A stretch of DNA of 38,315 nt. Origin: Calditrichota bacterium. Lineage in GTDB: Bacteria > Calditrichota > Calditrichia > RBG-13-44-9 > J075. The DNA lies in the NCBI GenBank assembly GCA_024275555.1, contig JAJRYW010000332.1, forward strand, positions 1-38,315, written 5' to 3'. The first letter of the stretch is position 1; every line of letters begins with the position of its first letter. The position numbers and the translations under genes were made by a program. Shown piece after piece: positions 26,468 to 35,192 of the stretch. Under the pieces are notes generated by a model. That model saw nothing but the letters and a program-made list of their open reading frames with translations. It made no database searches and had not been told where the DNA came from.

Positions 26468-28378
26468 ATGAGTAAAATTATCGGAATTGATCTTGGAACA
26501 ACCAACTCTTGTGTGGCCATCATGGAGGGAGGCGATGCCAACATCATCACCAACCCTGAAGGCGGCCGCACGACACCTTCTATGGTCGCCATATCAGATG
26601 ATGGTGAACGGCTGGTGGGTCAGATTGCCAAAAGACAGGCCGTTACCAATCCTGAAAACACCGTGTTCGGCATCAAGCGTCTCATCGGTCGGCGGTATGA
26701 CACCAAAGAGGTGCAGGATGACATTCGGGTGCTGCCCTATAAAATCGAAAAGGCCGCCAACGGAGATGTTCGTATCAACCTGCGCGGTAAACAGTACAGT
26801 CCGGCGGAAATTTCATCCTTTATATTAGCCAACATCAAAAAAACAGCCGAAGAGTACCTGGGTGAAAAGATTACGGACGCCGTGATCACCGTGCCGGCTT
26901 ACTTTAGCGACAGTCAGCGTCAGGCTACCAAAGATGCGGGCAAAATTGCCGGTCTCAATGTTTTGAGAATTATCAACGAGCCCACGGCTGCTTCTCTGGC
27001 CTATGGGCTGGACAAGAAAAAAGATGAAAAAATTGCAGTATTCGACCTTGGCGGCGGCACCTTTGATGTTTCTATTCTCGAAATCGGTGACGGAGTATTT
27101 GAAGTCAAGGCCACCAACGGCGATACACACTTAGGCGGAGAGGATTTCGATCTGTACCTGATTGATTACCTGGCGAACGAATTCAAAAAAGAACAGGGAA
27201 TTGATCTCAGAGGCGACAAGATGGCACTGCAGCGCCTGAAAGAGGCCGCTGAAAAAGCTAAGATAGAATTGTCGACTTCTATGCAGACGGACGTCAATCT
27301 GCCGTTTATCACCGCCGATGCCAACGGACCCAAGCATCTGGCCATCAAGATAACGCGGGCTAAGTTGGAAAATATAGTAGATGATTTACTCGACAAGCTC
27401 GAATCCCCCTGCCGGATCGCGTTGAAAGATGCCGGCTTTTCCACCGGGGATATAAACGAGGTCATCCTGGTTGGTGGGATGACCCGCATGCCGGCGGTTC
27501 AGGAGCGGGTAAAAAAGATATTCGGCAAAGAGCCCAACAAGAGTGTGAATCCGGATGAAGTTGTGGCTATGGGTGCCGCCATTCAGGGAGCGGTTTTAAA
27601 AGGTGATGTTCAGGATGTTCTGTTGCTGGACGTAACCCCGCTTTCCCTGGGTATTGAAACCCTGGGTGGGGTGATGACCAAACTGATTGAAAAAAACACC
27701 ACCATACCGGCAAAAAACAGCCAGCTTTTTTCCACAGCTGAAGACAATCAGCCGGCGGTATCGGTTCATGTACTCCAGGGGGAACGTGAAATGGCATCGG
27801 ACAACAAAACCCTGGGACGCTTCGAACTCACCGGAATTGCACCGGCCCCTCGGGGCTTGCCTCAGATCGAGGTCAGCTTTGACATCGATGCCAATGGAAT
27901 CGTGGAGGTGTCGGCCAAAGATCAGGCCACCGGAAAGCGGCAGTCTATCCGGATCACCCATTCGTCCGGCCTAAGCCGGGAAGAAATTGATCGTCTGATC
28001 AAGGATGCTGAAATTCATGCCGGCGAGGACAAAGCTAAAAAAGAACTGATCGATGCCCGCAACGCGGCCGATTCCCTGATTTATGCCACCGAGAAATCCA
28101 TGGCTGAATTCGATGATAAGCTGCCTGTTGGCACCCGTAATGAGGTTCAAGGCGTAATCAGTGATCTCAAGCGTGCCATGGAAAATGATAATCCGTCAGA
28201 AATCAAGCGCTTAACGGAAACCTTAACCCATGCCTCCCATCGACTGGCGGAATCCGTGTACCGGCAGCCGGGTGCCGGGTCCGGACAGCAAGCTGGAGCT
28301 GCTGCCGGTGGCTATGAATCAGCGCCTTCCGGTAATGATGATGAGGTGGTCGATGCTGAGTATGAAGAAGTCCGCTAA
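26468..28378 (+). CDS. dnaK: Molecular chaperone DnaK (Hsp70)
   Basis: [36 protein letters not shown] linker, acidic VDAEYEEV tail; AAGGAGG RBS. Confidence 0.98.
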   Translation: MSKIIGIDLGTTNSCVAIMEGGDANIITNPEGGRTTPSMVAISDDGERLVGQIAKRQAVTNPENTVFGIKRLIGRRYDTKEVQDDIRVLPYKIEKAANGDVRINLRGKQYSPAEISSFILANIKKTAEEYLGEKITDAVITVPAYFSDSQRQATKDAGKIAGLNVLRIINEPTAASLAYGLDKKKDEKIAVFDLGGGTFDVSILEIGDGVFEVKATNGDTHLGGEDFDLYLIDYLANEFKKEQGIDLRGDKMALQRLKEAAEKAKIELSTSMQTDVNLPFITADANGPKHLAIKITRAKLENIVDDLLDKLESPCRIALKDAGFSTGDINEVILVGGMTRMPAVQERVKKIFGKEPNKSVNPDEVVAMGAAIQGAVLKGDVQDVLLLDVTPLSLGIETLGGVMTKLIEKNTTIPAKNSQLFSTAEDNQPAVSVHVLQGEREMASDNKTLGRFELTGIAPAPRGLPQIEVSFDIDANGIVEVSAKDQATGKRQSIRITHSSGLSREEIDRLIKDAEIHAGEDKAKKELIDARNAADSLIYATEKSMAEFDDKLPVGTRNEVQGVISDLKRAMENDNPSEIKRLTETLTHASHRLAESVYRQPGAGSGQQAGAAAGGYESAPSGNDDEVVDAEYEEVR

Positions 28379-28398
28379 GCGGTAAGTTCAATGATCCA

Positions 28399-28476
28399 AA
28401 GGCGGTGGGTTCGACTCCCGCCGCCTTCTCGCCTTCTACCAGTCTTCGCTCGGAGCAACGCGGAGAGCGAAGGCGA
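28399..28476 (+). other. Hairpin with a tRNA/tmRNA 3'-end-like sequence plus a second palindrome (may act as the dnaK terminator)
   Basis: 11-bp stem AAGGCGGTGGG / CCCGCCGCCTT (one G-U) around the loop TTCGACT, then CGCCTTCTACCA, then the inverted repeat CTTCGCTC...GAGCGAAG. Confidence 0.55.
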
Positions 28477-28632
28477 TTAACTATTTAAATTTCGAGACGC
28501 TTAATTATTCCTTTGACTTATTTATCCAATGTTTATAAAGACTAAACCTTTCCTCACAAAATTTTAGCAATATTTGCTTAGTCTGACGGCTATGGGGGGG
28601 GTGAAGCTGCTATCGAGCTAATTTTTTTTTTA

Positions 28633-29574
28633 TTGCTGGGCGCCGGTGCCTATGTCGGCTGGAATATCGGCGCAAATGATACGGCCAACTGCATCGGCAC
28701 GGCGGTGGGTTGCGGGTTAATAAATTTCCGGAAAGCCGCTGTTCTGGTTGCCGTCTTTGTGATTGTTGGTGCCATGCTCCAAGGCGAGCACGTCATGAAA
28801 ACCATCAGCAAGGGTATCGTCAAAGAGGATTTAAACTATCTTGCCGTCATTGTGGCGTTGATCTGTTCCGGATTTTTTGTGACCTTGGCCACGTTCTACA
28901 GAATTCCCACATCGACTTCCCAGGCGATTGTCGGCGGAGTTGTCGGAATCGGGCTGGCGGTGGGCGCTGAAATAGATTATGCCAAATTAATTGTCATTGC
29001 TGAAAGCTGGCTTGTCTGTCCCCTGCTGGTCATGGCGCTTTCTTTTGGATTAATGGCGCTGGTGAAATTTATACTGAACAAATTTGGCGCCAGGTCCCTT
29101 CTTTTCCAGCAGGCATTCGGCTGGCTGGCGATACTTTCAGCGTGTTACGTCGCCTACTCCATGGGAGCCAACAATGCCGGCAATGCCGTGGGTCCCATCG
29201 CCAATCTCAATATTTTACCGCCAAAGGTGCTTTTGTTCATCGGCGGGGTGAGCATTGCCGTGGGCACCCTGACCTATGGCAAAAAAGTCGCGGATACCGT
29301 CGGCAAGAGTATTGCTCCCCTTGACATTCCGAGCGCATTTGTCGCTCAGATTTCTTCCGCCGTCGGCATGCATCTTTTTTCTTTGTTCGGTATTCCGGTT
29401 TCCACCTCTTCCGCCATTGTGGGTGCCGTGGTAGGTGTCGGCCTGAAAAAAGGTGCGAAATCGATCAGTAAAAAAACCATTATGACCATCCTGATCGGAT
29501 GGGTGTTGACCCCGACCCTGGCAGGAACGGTTTCGTTTGTTTCATACCGGATAATAAACTATGTGGCAGGTTGA
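28633..29574 (+). CDS. pit: Inorganic phosphate transporter (PiT/PHO4 family)
   Basis: GWNIGANDTAN and MGANNAGN PiT signature repeats, PTSTSQ / PVSTS. The start may be ATC 28612. Confidence 0.92.
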   Translation: MLGAGAYVGWNIGANDTANCIGTAVGCGLINFRKAAVLVAVFVIVGAMLQGEHVMKTISKGIVKEDLNYLAVIVALICSGFFVTLATFYRIPTSTSQAIVGGVVGIGLAVGAEIDYAKLIVIAESWLVCPLLVMALSFGLMALVKFILNKFGARSLLFQQAFGWLAILSACYVAYSMGANNAGNAVGPIANLNILPPKVLLFIGGVSIAVGTLTYGKKVADTVGKSIAPLDIPSAFVAQISSAVGMHLFSLFGIPVSTSSAIVGAVVGVGLKKGAKSISKKTIMTILIGWVLTPTLAGTVSFVSYRIINYVAG

Positions 29575-29620
29575 TTGACTCGGGGTTGAATATCGCTAAA
29601 AAATTGAAGGAGAATGGATT

Positions 29621-30268
29621 GTGTTCTTCAAAAAAGAAAAAGAGGTCATCGAGCTGATTTTAAAGCATCTCAACCTGGTAGAGGATTCCCTGAAAAATGG
29701 TATCCGAACCATTGAGTTTTATCTTGACGGCAATATCAGCGAAGCGAAAGTTTTATGCCGCAGGGTGAGAAATGAAGAGTCGGAAGCGGATATCGTTCGC
29801 TATAAAACGCGGGATAAACTCTATTCCGGGGCTTATTTGCCTTTGCTGCGGGAGGACATCTACAAGCTGATTGAAAGTATTGACAAAGTGGCCAACGCCG
29901 GTGAAGCCTGCTGCGACTTTTTTCTAAACCAGCGTCCGTTGGTTCCTGCAGAAATGAAACCCCATTTTGTTGCCGTTTCACAGGAATCATTAGGCATTAT
30001 TGATAATCTCAAACTTGCGGTGCTATGTTACTTTAAAGGCGAATGCAAAATCGAAGTCGTGCGGGAACACACCAAAGAGATTGGTCTCCAAGAATCCAGG
30101 GTAGATAAACTCGAGTGGGATTTGACCAAGGAAATCTTTACATCCTCACTGGATTTTGCACACCAGATACACCTGAAAAATTGCCTCGATCACATCGTTG
30201 AAGTATCAGACCGGGCGGAGGATGCCGGAGATCAGCTGGAGCTGGCGACGCTGAAATCGATGGTTTAA
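29621..30268 (+). CDS. TIGR00153/DUF47 PhoU-like phosphate transport regulator
   Basis: ESEAD, P..RED, E..VD.LE and SDRAED helical repeats; follows pit; AAGGAG RBS. Confidence 0.88.
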   Translation: MFFKKEKEVIELILKHLNLVEDSLKNGIRTIEFYLDGNISEAKVLCRRVRNEESEADIVRYKTRDKLYSGAYLPLLREDIYKLIESIDKVANAGEACCDFFLNQRPLVPAEMKPHFVAVSQESLGIIDNLKLAVLCYFKGECKIEVVREHTKEIGLQESRVDKLEWDLTKEIFTSSLDFAHQIHLKNCLDHIVEVSDRAEDAGDQLELATLKSMV

Positions 30269-30347
30269 CCGTTCATAGGTTCACCGTTCAAAGTTGCACA
30301 TGATTTATGCCATAGCGTAACCGTTCAAAGGTTCAATGCTCAACGTT
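30269..30347. repeat. GTTCA-type heptamer arrays (two clusters)
   Basis: ccgttcatag-gttcacc-gttcaaa-gttg and ccgttcaaag-gttcaat-gctcaac-gtt; same family as 18463, 31679, 31835 and 35153. Confidence 0.6.
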
Positions 30348-30505
30348 TAATTGCTAATTAGTTCCAAATTTTTATTAAGCCTGACGCAGCGGACGTTTTT
30401 CTCGTAAATACGCATCCCAAATCTACAATTGTCCCCTAAAAGCTGATTTAACGGAATAAAAACGGGATGAAAGTTAAGAGCCGCGTCATGCGTAATTTTA
30501 TCACC

Positions 30506-31654
30506 CTATGTTACCCCTATTTTTTCAAATTCTTTTATCTCTTTTTCCGAATAGCCCAGTTCCTGGAGAATGTCAGGTGTACTTTCGCCAAAATCCACCG
30601 GCGGGGTACGAACCGCCCCCGGTGTTTCACTTAGCTTGACAGGCACACCGAGGGTCTTTGACGTTTTGCCGTCGTTTCCCTTGATCTCAACCACCATTTC
30701 GCGTTGCCGGAAAAGCGGATCTTACAGAACCTCTGATAATGACTGGACCCGTCCCCAGCAAATATCCAAATCGCCGAGGATAGTATTCCATTTATCCAGG
30801 GTTTTTTGTTTAAACGCGTTGCGTACAAAATCGCGGATTTCTTTGCGGTGCTGATCATCATATTGCAGTTCTGCGTATTCAGGAACACCGAGAAGATCGC
30901 ACAATTGCTTCCAGAAGCGGTTTTCGACAGCACCTATGGAAATAAATCGTCCGTCGGCGGTTTCATAAGTATTGTAGCAGGCATAGCGATGGGACAAAAA
31001 ACTGTCGGCACGGGCGGGTTCCTGTCCGGTGAGCCGGCGGAAAAACAGTGCGGCGGGAAGAAACCCTACCATGCCGTCGGTCATGGAGATATCAATATAT
31101 TGTCCGTTACCGGTTTTTCCCCGGGCAAAGAGGGCTAACAGAATTCCGATGGCCGCATTCATACCACCGCCGGCAATATCGGCAATTTGAATTCCCGGGA
31201 TGGACGGGGGACGATCCGCTTCACCGATGAGGTCGAGAACACCGGCATAGCTCAGATAATTTGCGTCGTGTCCGACACGGTCGCGAAACGGTCCGGTCTG
31301 ACCGAACCCGGTAATCGAACAGTAGATAATTGCAGGATTGACCTTGCGAACTGTCTTGTAGCCGACTCCCAGTCGGTCAACAACACCTGGCCTGAAACCT
31401 TCCAACAGAACATCGGTGTTTTGGATCAGACGAAAAAAGATTTCCTTGCCTTTCTCGGTTTTCAGATTCAACGACATGTGCTCTTTGTTTCGATTGATCA
31501 AATTAAAAAAGAGTCCGTCCGCCAAAAAACGCTTGTCTTCGACAGCGATTACCCTGGCTCCGTGATCGGCCAGAATCATCGAACAGTAAGGGCCGGGCAA
31601 GAGGCGGGAAAGATCCAGGACGTTGACGCCGGCTAAGGCCCCAGGCTTCAGCAT
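30506..31654 (-). pseudogene. CaiB/BaiF CoA-transferase family III, interrupted by an in-frame TAA at 30722-30724
   Basis: LDLSRLLPGP, NRNK, EGFRPGV, GHDANY, ADIAGG. The reading SEVL*DPLFRQREMVVE...GEST stays in one frame. AAGGAG RBS before ATG 31654. Confidence 0.85.
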
Positions 31655-31678
31655 AAGTTTGCTCCTTTGCACATAGGT

Positions 31679-31865
31679 TGAGCGGTTCAGGGTTCAACGT
31701 TCCGGGTTGAAAAACCCAAACAGCTCGTATTAAAGGGATTGTGTCTTCATCTGGTTATAAATCCGTTTCACCTAATGGAGTATGACGGGTATTCCGGATT
31801 TCGATTAATATTAAGAGCAGTATCCATCGGTTGTAACCTTTGAACCCTGAACCTGGAACCGCTCA
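31679..31865. mobile_element. MITE-like 187-bp element with ~30-bp imperfect terminal inverted repeats
   Basis: Left TGAGCG-GTTCAGG-GTTCAAC-GTTCCGG-GTT; right (reverse complement) TGAGCG-GTTCCAG-GTTCAGG-GTTCAAA-GGTT; non-coding interior. Confidence 0.55.
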
Positions 31866-31927
31866 GTTCAGATTGAGTTCCTCAAATCCCTGCTGATAGC
31901 AGGACTGCTCAAGTGCAGTGCTCTTCC

Positions 31928-32734
31928 CTATTTCCCTTTAAACATCGGTTTTCTTTTTTCCATAAATGCGGTAACCGCTTCTACCACATCCTCGGATGGC
32001 AACACTGCGGCATTTTTCTGGGCCACATACTGCAAACCTGCATTGATTCCATAATCCCGGCTGTGCAGGATGACTTCCTTCGTCCCCTGGACCGTCAACG
32101 GCGGGCATTCAGAAATAAGACCGGCAATTTTTCGGGCCTCTGCATACAATGTCTGACGATCTTCGCAGATCCGTGTGAGCAGTCCCATCTGCAGGGCTTC
32201 CCCGGCAGTGAAGTCACGGCCTGTCAACGCCAGTTCCCTGAACCAGCCATGCCCGATGATGTACGGTAAACGCTGCAAAGTACCCAGATCGGCGATGATT
32301 CCCATGCGGGTTTCTCTGATACTGAAAACTGCATCTTTGGTGGCCAGGCGGATATCGCAGGCGCTTATCAGGTCAATACCGCCACCGATGCAATGGCTGT
32401 GAATGGCTGCAATTACCGGTTTGCGGCATTGTTCAATTTTGTTGAGCCCCCCCTGAAGCTCCAATATCGCTTTGCGGGTGTTTTCCCGCTGATCGGCACC
32501 TTTGCCGCTGAGCAAAGACCCAGCCTCCGTAAGATCGGTACCAGCTGTAAAGCTTTTGCCTTCGGCCTTGATGACCACCGCACGGATGGTAGTATCCTGG
32601 TCAAATTTTTCCAAATGCTCCGACAGCTCTTTAAAAAAAGGCGTTCCCATGGTATTGCGTTTTTCGGGGCGATCCAATGTCAACCAGGCAACATGTTCAT
32701 CTGTTTCAACTTTGAAGTAGGTGGTTGCGCTCAT
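31928..32734 (-). CDS. Enoyl-CoA hydratase/isomerase (crotonase) family protein
   Basis: LDRPEKRN, FTAGTDL, KPVIAAIH..CIGGG, ACDIR, ADLGTLQRLP, AFMEKRKP.F.GK. AAAGGA RBS before ATG 32734. Confidence 0.92.
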   Translation of the reverse strand: MSATTYFKVETDEHVAWLTLDRPEKRNTMGTPFFKELSEHLEKFDQDTTIRAVVIKAEGKSFTAGTDLTEAGSLLSGKGADQRENTRKAILELQGGLNKIEQCRKPVIAAIHSHCIGGGIDLISACDIRLATKDAVFSIRETRMGIIADLGTLQRLPYIIGHGWFRELALTGRDFTAGEALQMGLLTRICEDRQTLYAEARKIAGLISECPPLTVQGTKEVILHSRDYGINAGLQYVAQKNAAVLPSEDVVEAVTAFMEKRKPMFKGK

Positions 32735-32808
32735 ACGATGTCCTTTCTTTGCTAGTTCGCATATTTGACTTAATGACACTGAAAATAGTTGAGTTAAAGT
32801 CAAAATTC

Positions 32809-32985
32809 TTATTCTTTGCCGGGTAATTTATTCAGGTACTCCGCATCCATCGGTGAAAGGTTAAATTTCAAACACGCTTCCTCAATAATGCTCCGATAGT
32901 TTCGATCAGGATTATATTGATGTTCTTCGGCAATCCACTTGACGGCTTTTCGCAGGCCTTCGCCTTTCGGTTGAATAGTGCTCAT
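32809..32985 (-). CDS. 58-aa conserved hypothetical protein (not in the ORF track)
   Basis: MSTIQPKGEGLRKAVKWIAEEHQYNPDRNYRSIIEEACLKFNLSPMDAEYLNKLPGKE; AAGGA RBS; fills the gap between gatA and the crotonase gene on the same strand. Confidence 0.75.
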   Translation of the reverse strand: MSTIQPKGEGLRKAVKWIAEEHQYNPDRNYRSIIEEACLKFNLSPMDAEYLNKLPGKE

Positions 32986-33014
32986 GATAAGAATCCTTAC
33001 TTTCCATTTGTTTT

Positions 33015-34475
33015 TTATAAATTCGGCTTTTTCTTATGAAACTCCGTTGCCGCCTCAAAACTATGGGCCACTTTGAAAAGCATCTCTTCGTTAAAGTGAT
33101 TTCCCAGGATCTGCAGCCCGATAGGAAGGCCGTCTGATGAAAATCCGCAGGGTAACGACATCCCGGGTATGCCGGCAAGGTTGGCTGAAAGGGTGAAGAT
33201 GTCCGACAAATACATGGTCAGGGGGTCGTCGACTTTTTCTCCTATTTTAAAAGCTGCCGTGGGCGCCACCGGACAGGCGATGATATCACAGGTTTCAAAG
33301 GATTTTTTAAAATCTTCGGTGATAAGGGTGCGAACCTGGGATGCCTTGCCGTAATAGGCATCGTAATACCCGGCGGAAAGACAGTAGGTACCGATAATGA
33401 TGCGTCTTTGAACCTCCAGGCCAAATCCCTGCGACCTTGTGCTGCAATACATATTCATCAGGTCCGTGTTGTCTCTGTTGCGAAAACCGTATTTGACACC
33501 GTCATATCTGGCCAAATTGGAACTGGCTTCAGACGGTGCAATGACATAATAGACTGCCACCGCATATTGGGTATGGGGTAAAGAAATCTTCACCCGTTTG
33601 GCGCCCAGCTCTTCAAGGACCCCAACGGCATTGCTTACCGCCGACATCACAGCAGGATCCAACCCTTCGGTGGCGCTGTATTCTTCAGGGATACCGACGG
33701 TAATCCCTCTCAGATCGCCGCCGAGATCGGATGCATAATCCGGTACGTCCCTGGGCACCGAGGTGGAGTCGGACCGGTCATATCCGGAAATGATGTTCAT
33801 TAAAAGGGCACAATCGGTCACGTTTTTTGCCAGTGGGCCGATCTGATCCAATGAAGATGCAAAGGCAACCAGACCAAAGCGGGATACCCGCCCGTAGGTA
33901 GGCTTCATCCCCACAACACTGCAATGGGAAGCCGGCTGCCTGATGGAGCCCCCGGTATCCGATCCCAACGCTCCCAGACACATATCTGCAGCGACTGCCG
34001 CCGCAGATCCTCCGCTGGATCCGCCGGGGATACGGGTTGAGTCCCATGGATTGCGAGTAATTTTAATTCCGGAGTTTTCCGTGGATGACCCCATGGCGAA
34101 TTCATCCATGTTGAGTTTGCCGACAATCACCGCATTGGCGTCTCTTAGCTTCCGAATAACCGTTGCATCATAAGGGGGCACAAAATTTTCAAGGATTCGT
34201 GACCCACAGGTTGTTGGAAAGGCCTGGGTGCAAATGAGATCTTTAACTCCAAGTGGAATTCCGGTAAGCGGCAAACATTTACCCCTGGAAATTGCCTCAT
34301 CCGCTTGCGCGGCCTGCTGCATGGCAAGCTCGGCTGAAATGGTGATATAAGCGTCTATTTTATTCTCAACCGCATCGATTCTGTCCAAAACCGCCCGGGT
34401 CAACTCCCGGGAGGTTATTTTTTTGTTTTTTAAAAGCCGATGGGCTTCGTGAATGGTCAGTTCATACAAATCCAC
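33015..34475 (-). CDS. gatA: Asp-tRNA(Asn)/Glu-tRNA(Gln) amidotransferase subunit A
   Basis: Amidase signature KD, GGSSGGSAAAV, GSDTGGSIRQPA, SSNLARYDG, YYDAYY.KA. GTG start at 34475 with an AAGGAG RBS gives 486 aa. Confidence 0.97.
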   Translation of the reverse strand: MDLYELTIHEAHRLLKNKKITSRELTRAVLDRIDAVENKIDAYITISAELAMQQAAQADEAISRGKCLPLTGIPLGVKDLICTQAFPTTCGSRILENFVPPYDATVIRKLRDANAVIVGKLNMDEFAMGSSTENSGIKITRNPWDSTRIPGGSSGGSAAAVAADMCLGALGSDTGGSIRQPASHCSVVGMKPTYGRVSRFGLVAFASSLDQIGPLAKNVTDCALLMNIISGYDRSDSTSVPRDVPDYASDLGGDLRGITVGIPEEYSATEGLDPAVMSAVSNAVGVLEELGAKRVKISLPHTQYAVAVYYVIAPSEASSNLARYDGVKYGFRNRDNTDLMNMYCSTRSQGFGLEVQRRIIIGTYCLSAGYYDAYYGKASQVRTLITEDFKKSFETCDIIACPVAPTAAFKIGEKVDDPLTMYLSDIFTLSANLAGIPGMSLPCGFSSDGLPIGLQILGNHFNEEMLFKVAHSFEAATEFHKKKPNL

Positions 34476-34570
34476 TGATTGTTTCTCCTTGGTCGGTTGT
34501 TGGTCCCTGGTTTCCGGATCATAAAAGCTCAAAACAAAAGGGAAGAAGCGATTATTAATGAGCTATAAAC

Positions 34571-34682
34571 TGATGTGGCCGCAAAAAGGCACAAAAAACA
34601 CAAAAAGAAAATTTTATGCTTAATAATTACAATAAGTTATAATATTAAAATTCAAGAATTTTGACTTTTTACGAGATTGCCA
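34571..34682. repeat. 112-bp dispersed intergenic repeat, copy 2
   Basis: About 90% ungapped identity to 3715-3826; lies between gatC and gatA. Confidence 0.9.
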
Positions 34683-34727
34683 TAAACGAATATCCGTGAG
34701 TTTTTATTCGGCATCCCGAAATCCATC

Positions 34728-35015
34728 TTACCCCACCACTTTCGGCACGATAAAGTTCCCATCCTCCTTTTCGGGAGCGTTGGCCAATGCCTGCTCCCGA
34801 TCCAACGGCGGCCTTTGTTCGTCTTCGCGAAAGGCATTGGTTAAGGAAATCGCATGGGATGTCGGCCGGAGACCTTCCGTGTCGACTTCATTGAGTTTAT
34901 CGACATATTCCAGAACATCCCCAATCTGCCCGGCAAACTTATCTATGGATGCATCATCCAGTTGCAACCGTGCCAGATCAGCTACATACAAAACTTCGTC
35001 TTTGGTTATTTTCAT
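34728..35015 (-). CDS. gatC: Asp-tRNA(Asn)/Glu-tRNA(Gln) amidotransferase subunit C
   Basis: ITKDEV.YVA.LARL, L.EVDT, FRED, NAP, F.VPKV; 95 aa, upstream of gatA. Confidence 0.96.
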   Translation of the reverse strand: MKITKDEVLYVADLARLQLDDASIDKFAGQIGDVLEYVDKLNEVDTEGLRPTSHAISLTNAFREDEQRPPLDREQALANAPEKEDGNFIVPKVVG

Positions 35016-35152
35016 TGTAATATGTCCGTTGTCTGTTGTAATTTGGGTGTTGTTTATCGAGCAAATGAGCCCTCTGAGCCTTGAATCCTCAGCTCAGCTT
35101 CCATTCTATGCACTTTGCTTTCTGTCCAAGGCCCTCTCCACCCTGATACCAA

Positions 35153-35192
35153 GAACCCTGAACCTCTGAACGTTGAACCCGGAACCCTGAAT
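35153..35192. repeat. GAACCCT-type heptamer tandem array
   Basis: gaaccct-gaacctct-gaacgtt-gaacccg-gaaccct-gaat, abutting the SPOR gene stop. Confidence 0.7.

Noticed and set aside
28399-28441. Intact tRNA gene after dnaK
   Set aside because: Only a T-arm and 3'-end-like sequence is present; no D-arm, anticodon arm or acceptor 5' strand could be built.
30722-30724. Stop-codon reassignment or Sec/Pyl recoding explaining the in-frame TAAs
   Set aside because: Many intact genes here (ALDH, dnaK, gatA, gatC) end normally in TAA, and TAA is not used for Sec or Pyl.
33015-35015. Absence of gatB as an anomaly
   Set aside because: gatB is often encoded separately from gatCA, so its absence is not informative.
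30269-35192. CRISPR array from the GTTCA/GAAC repeats
   Set aside because: The units are degenerate 7-mers without unique spacers or constant 25-40-nt repeats, and no cas genes are present.
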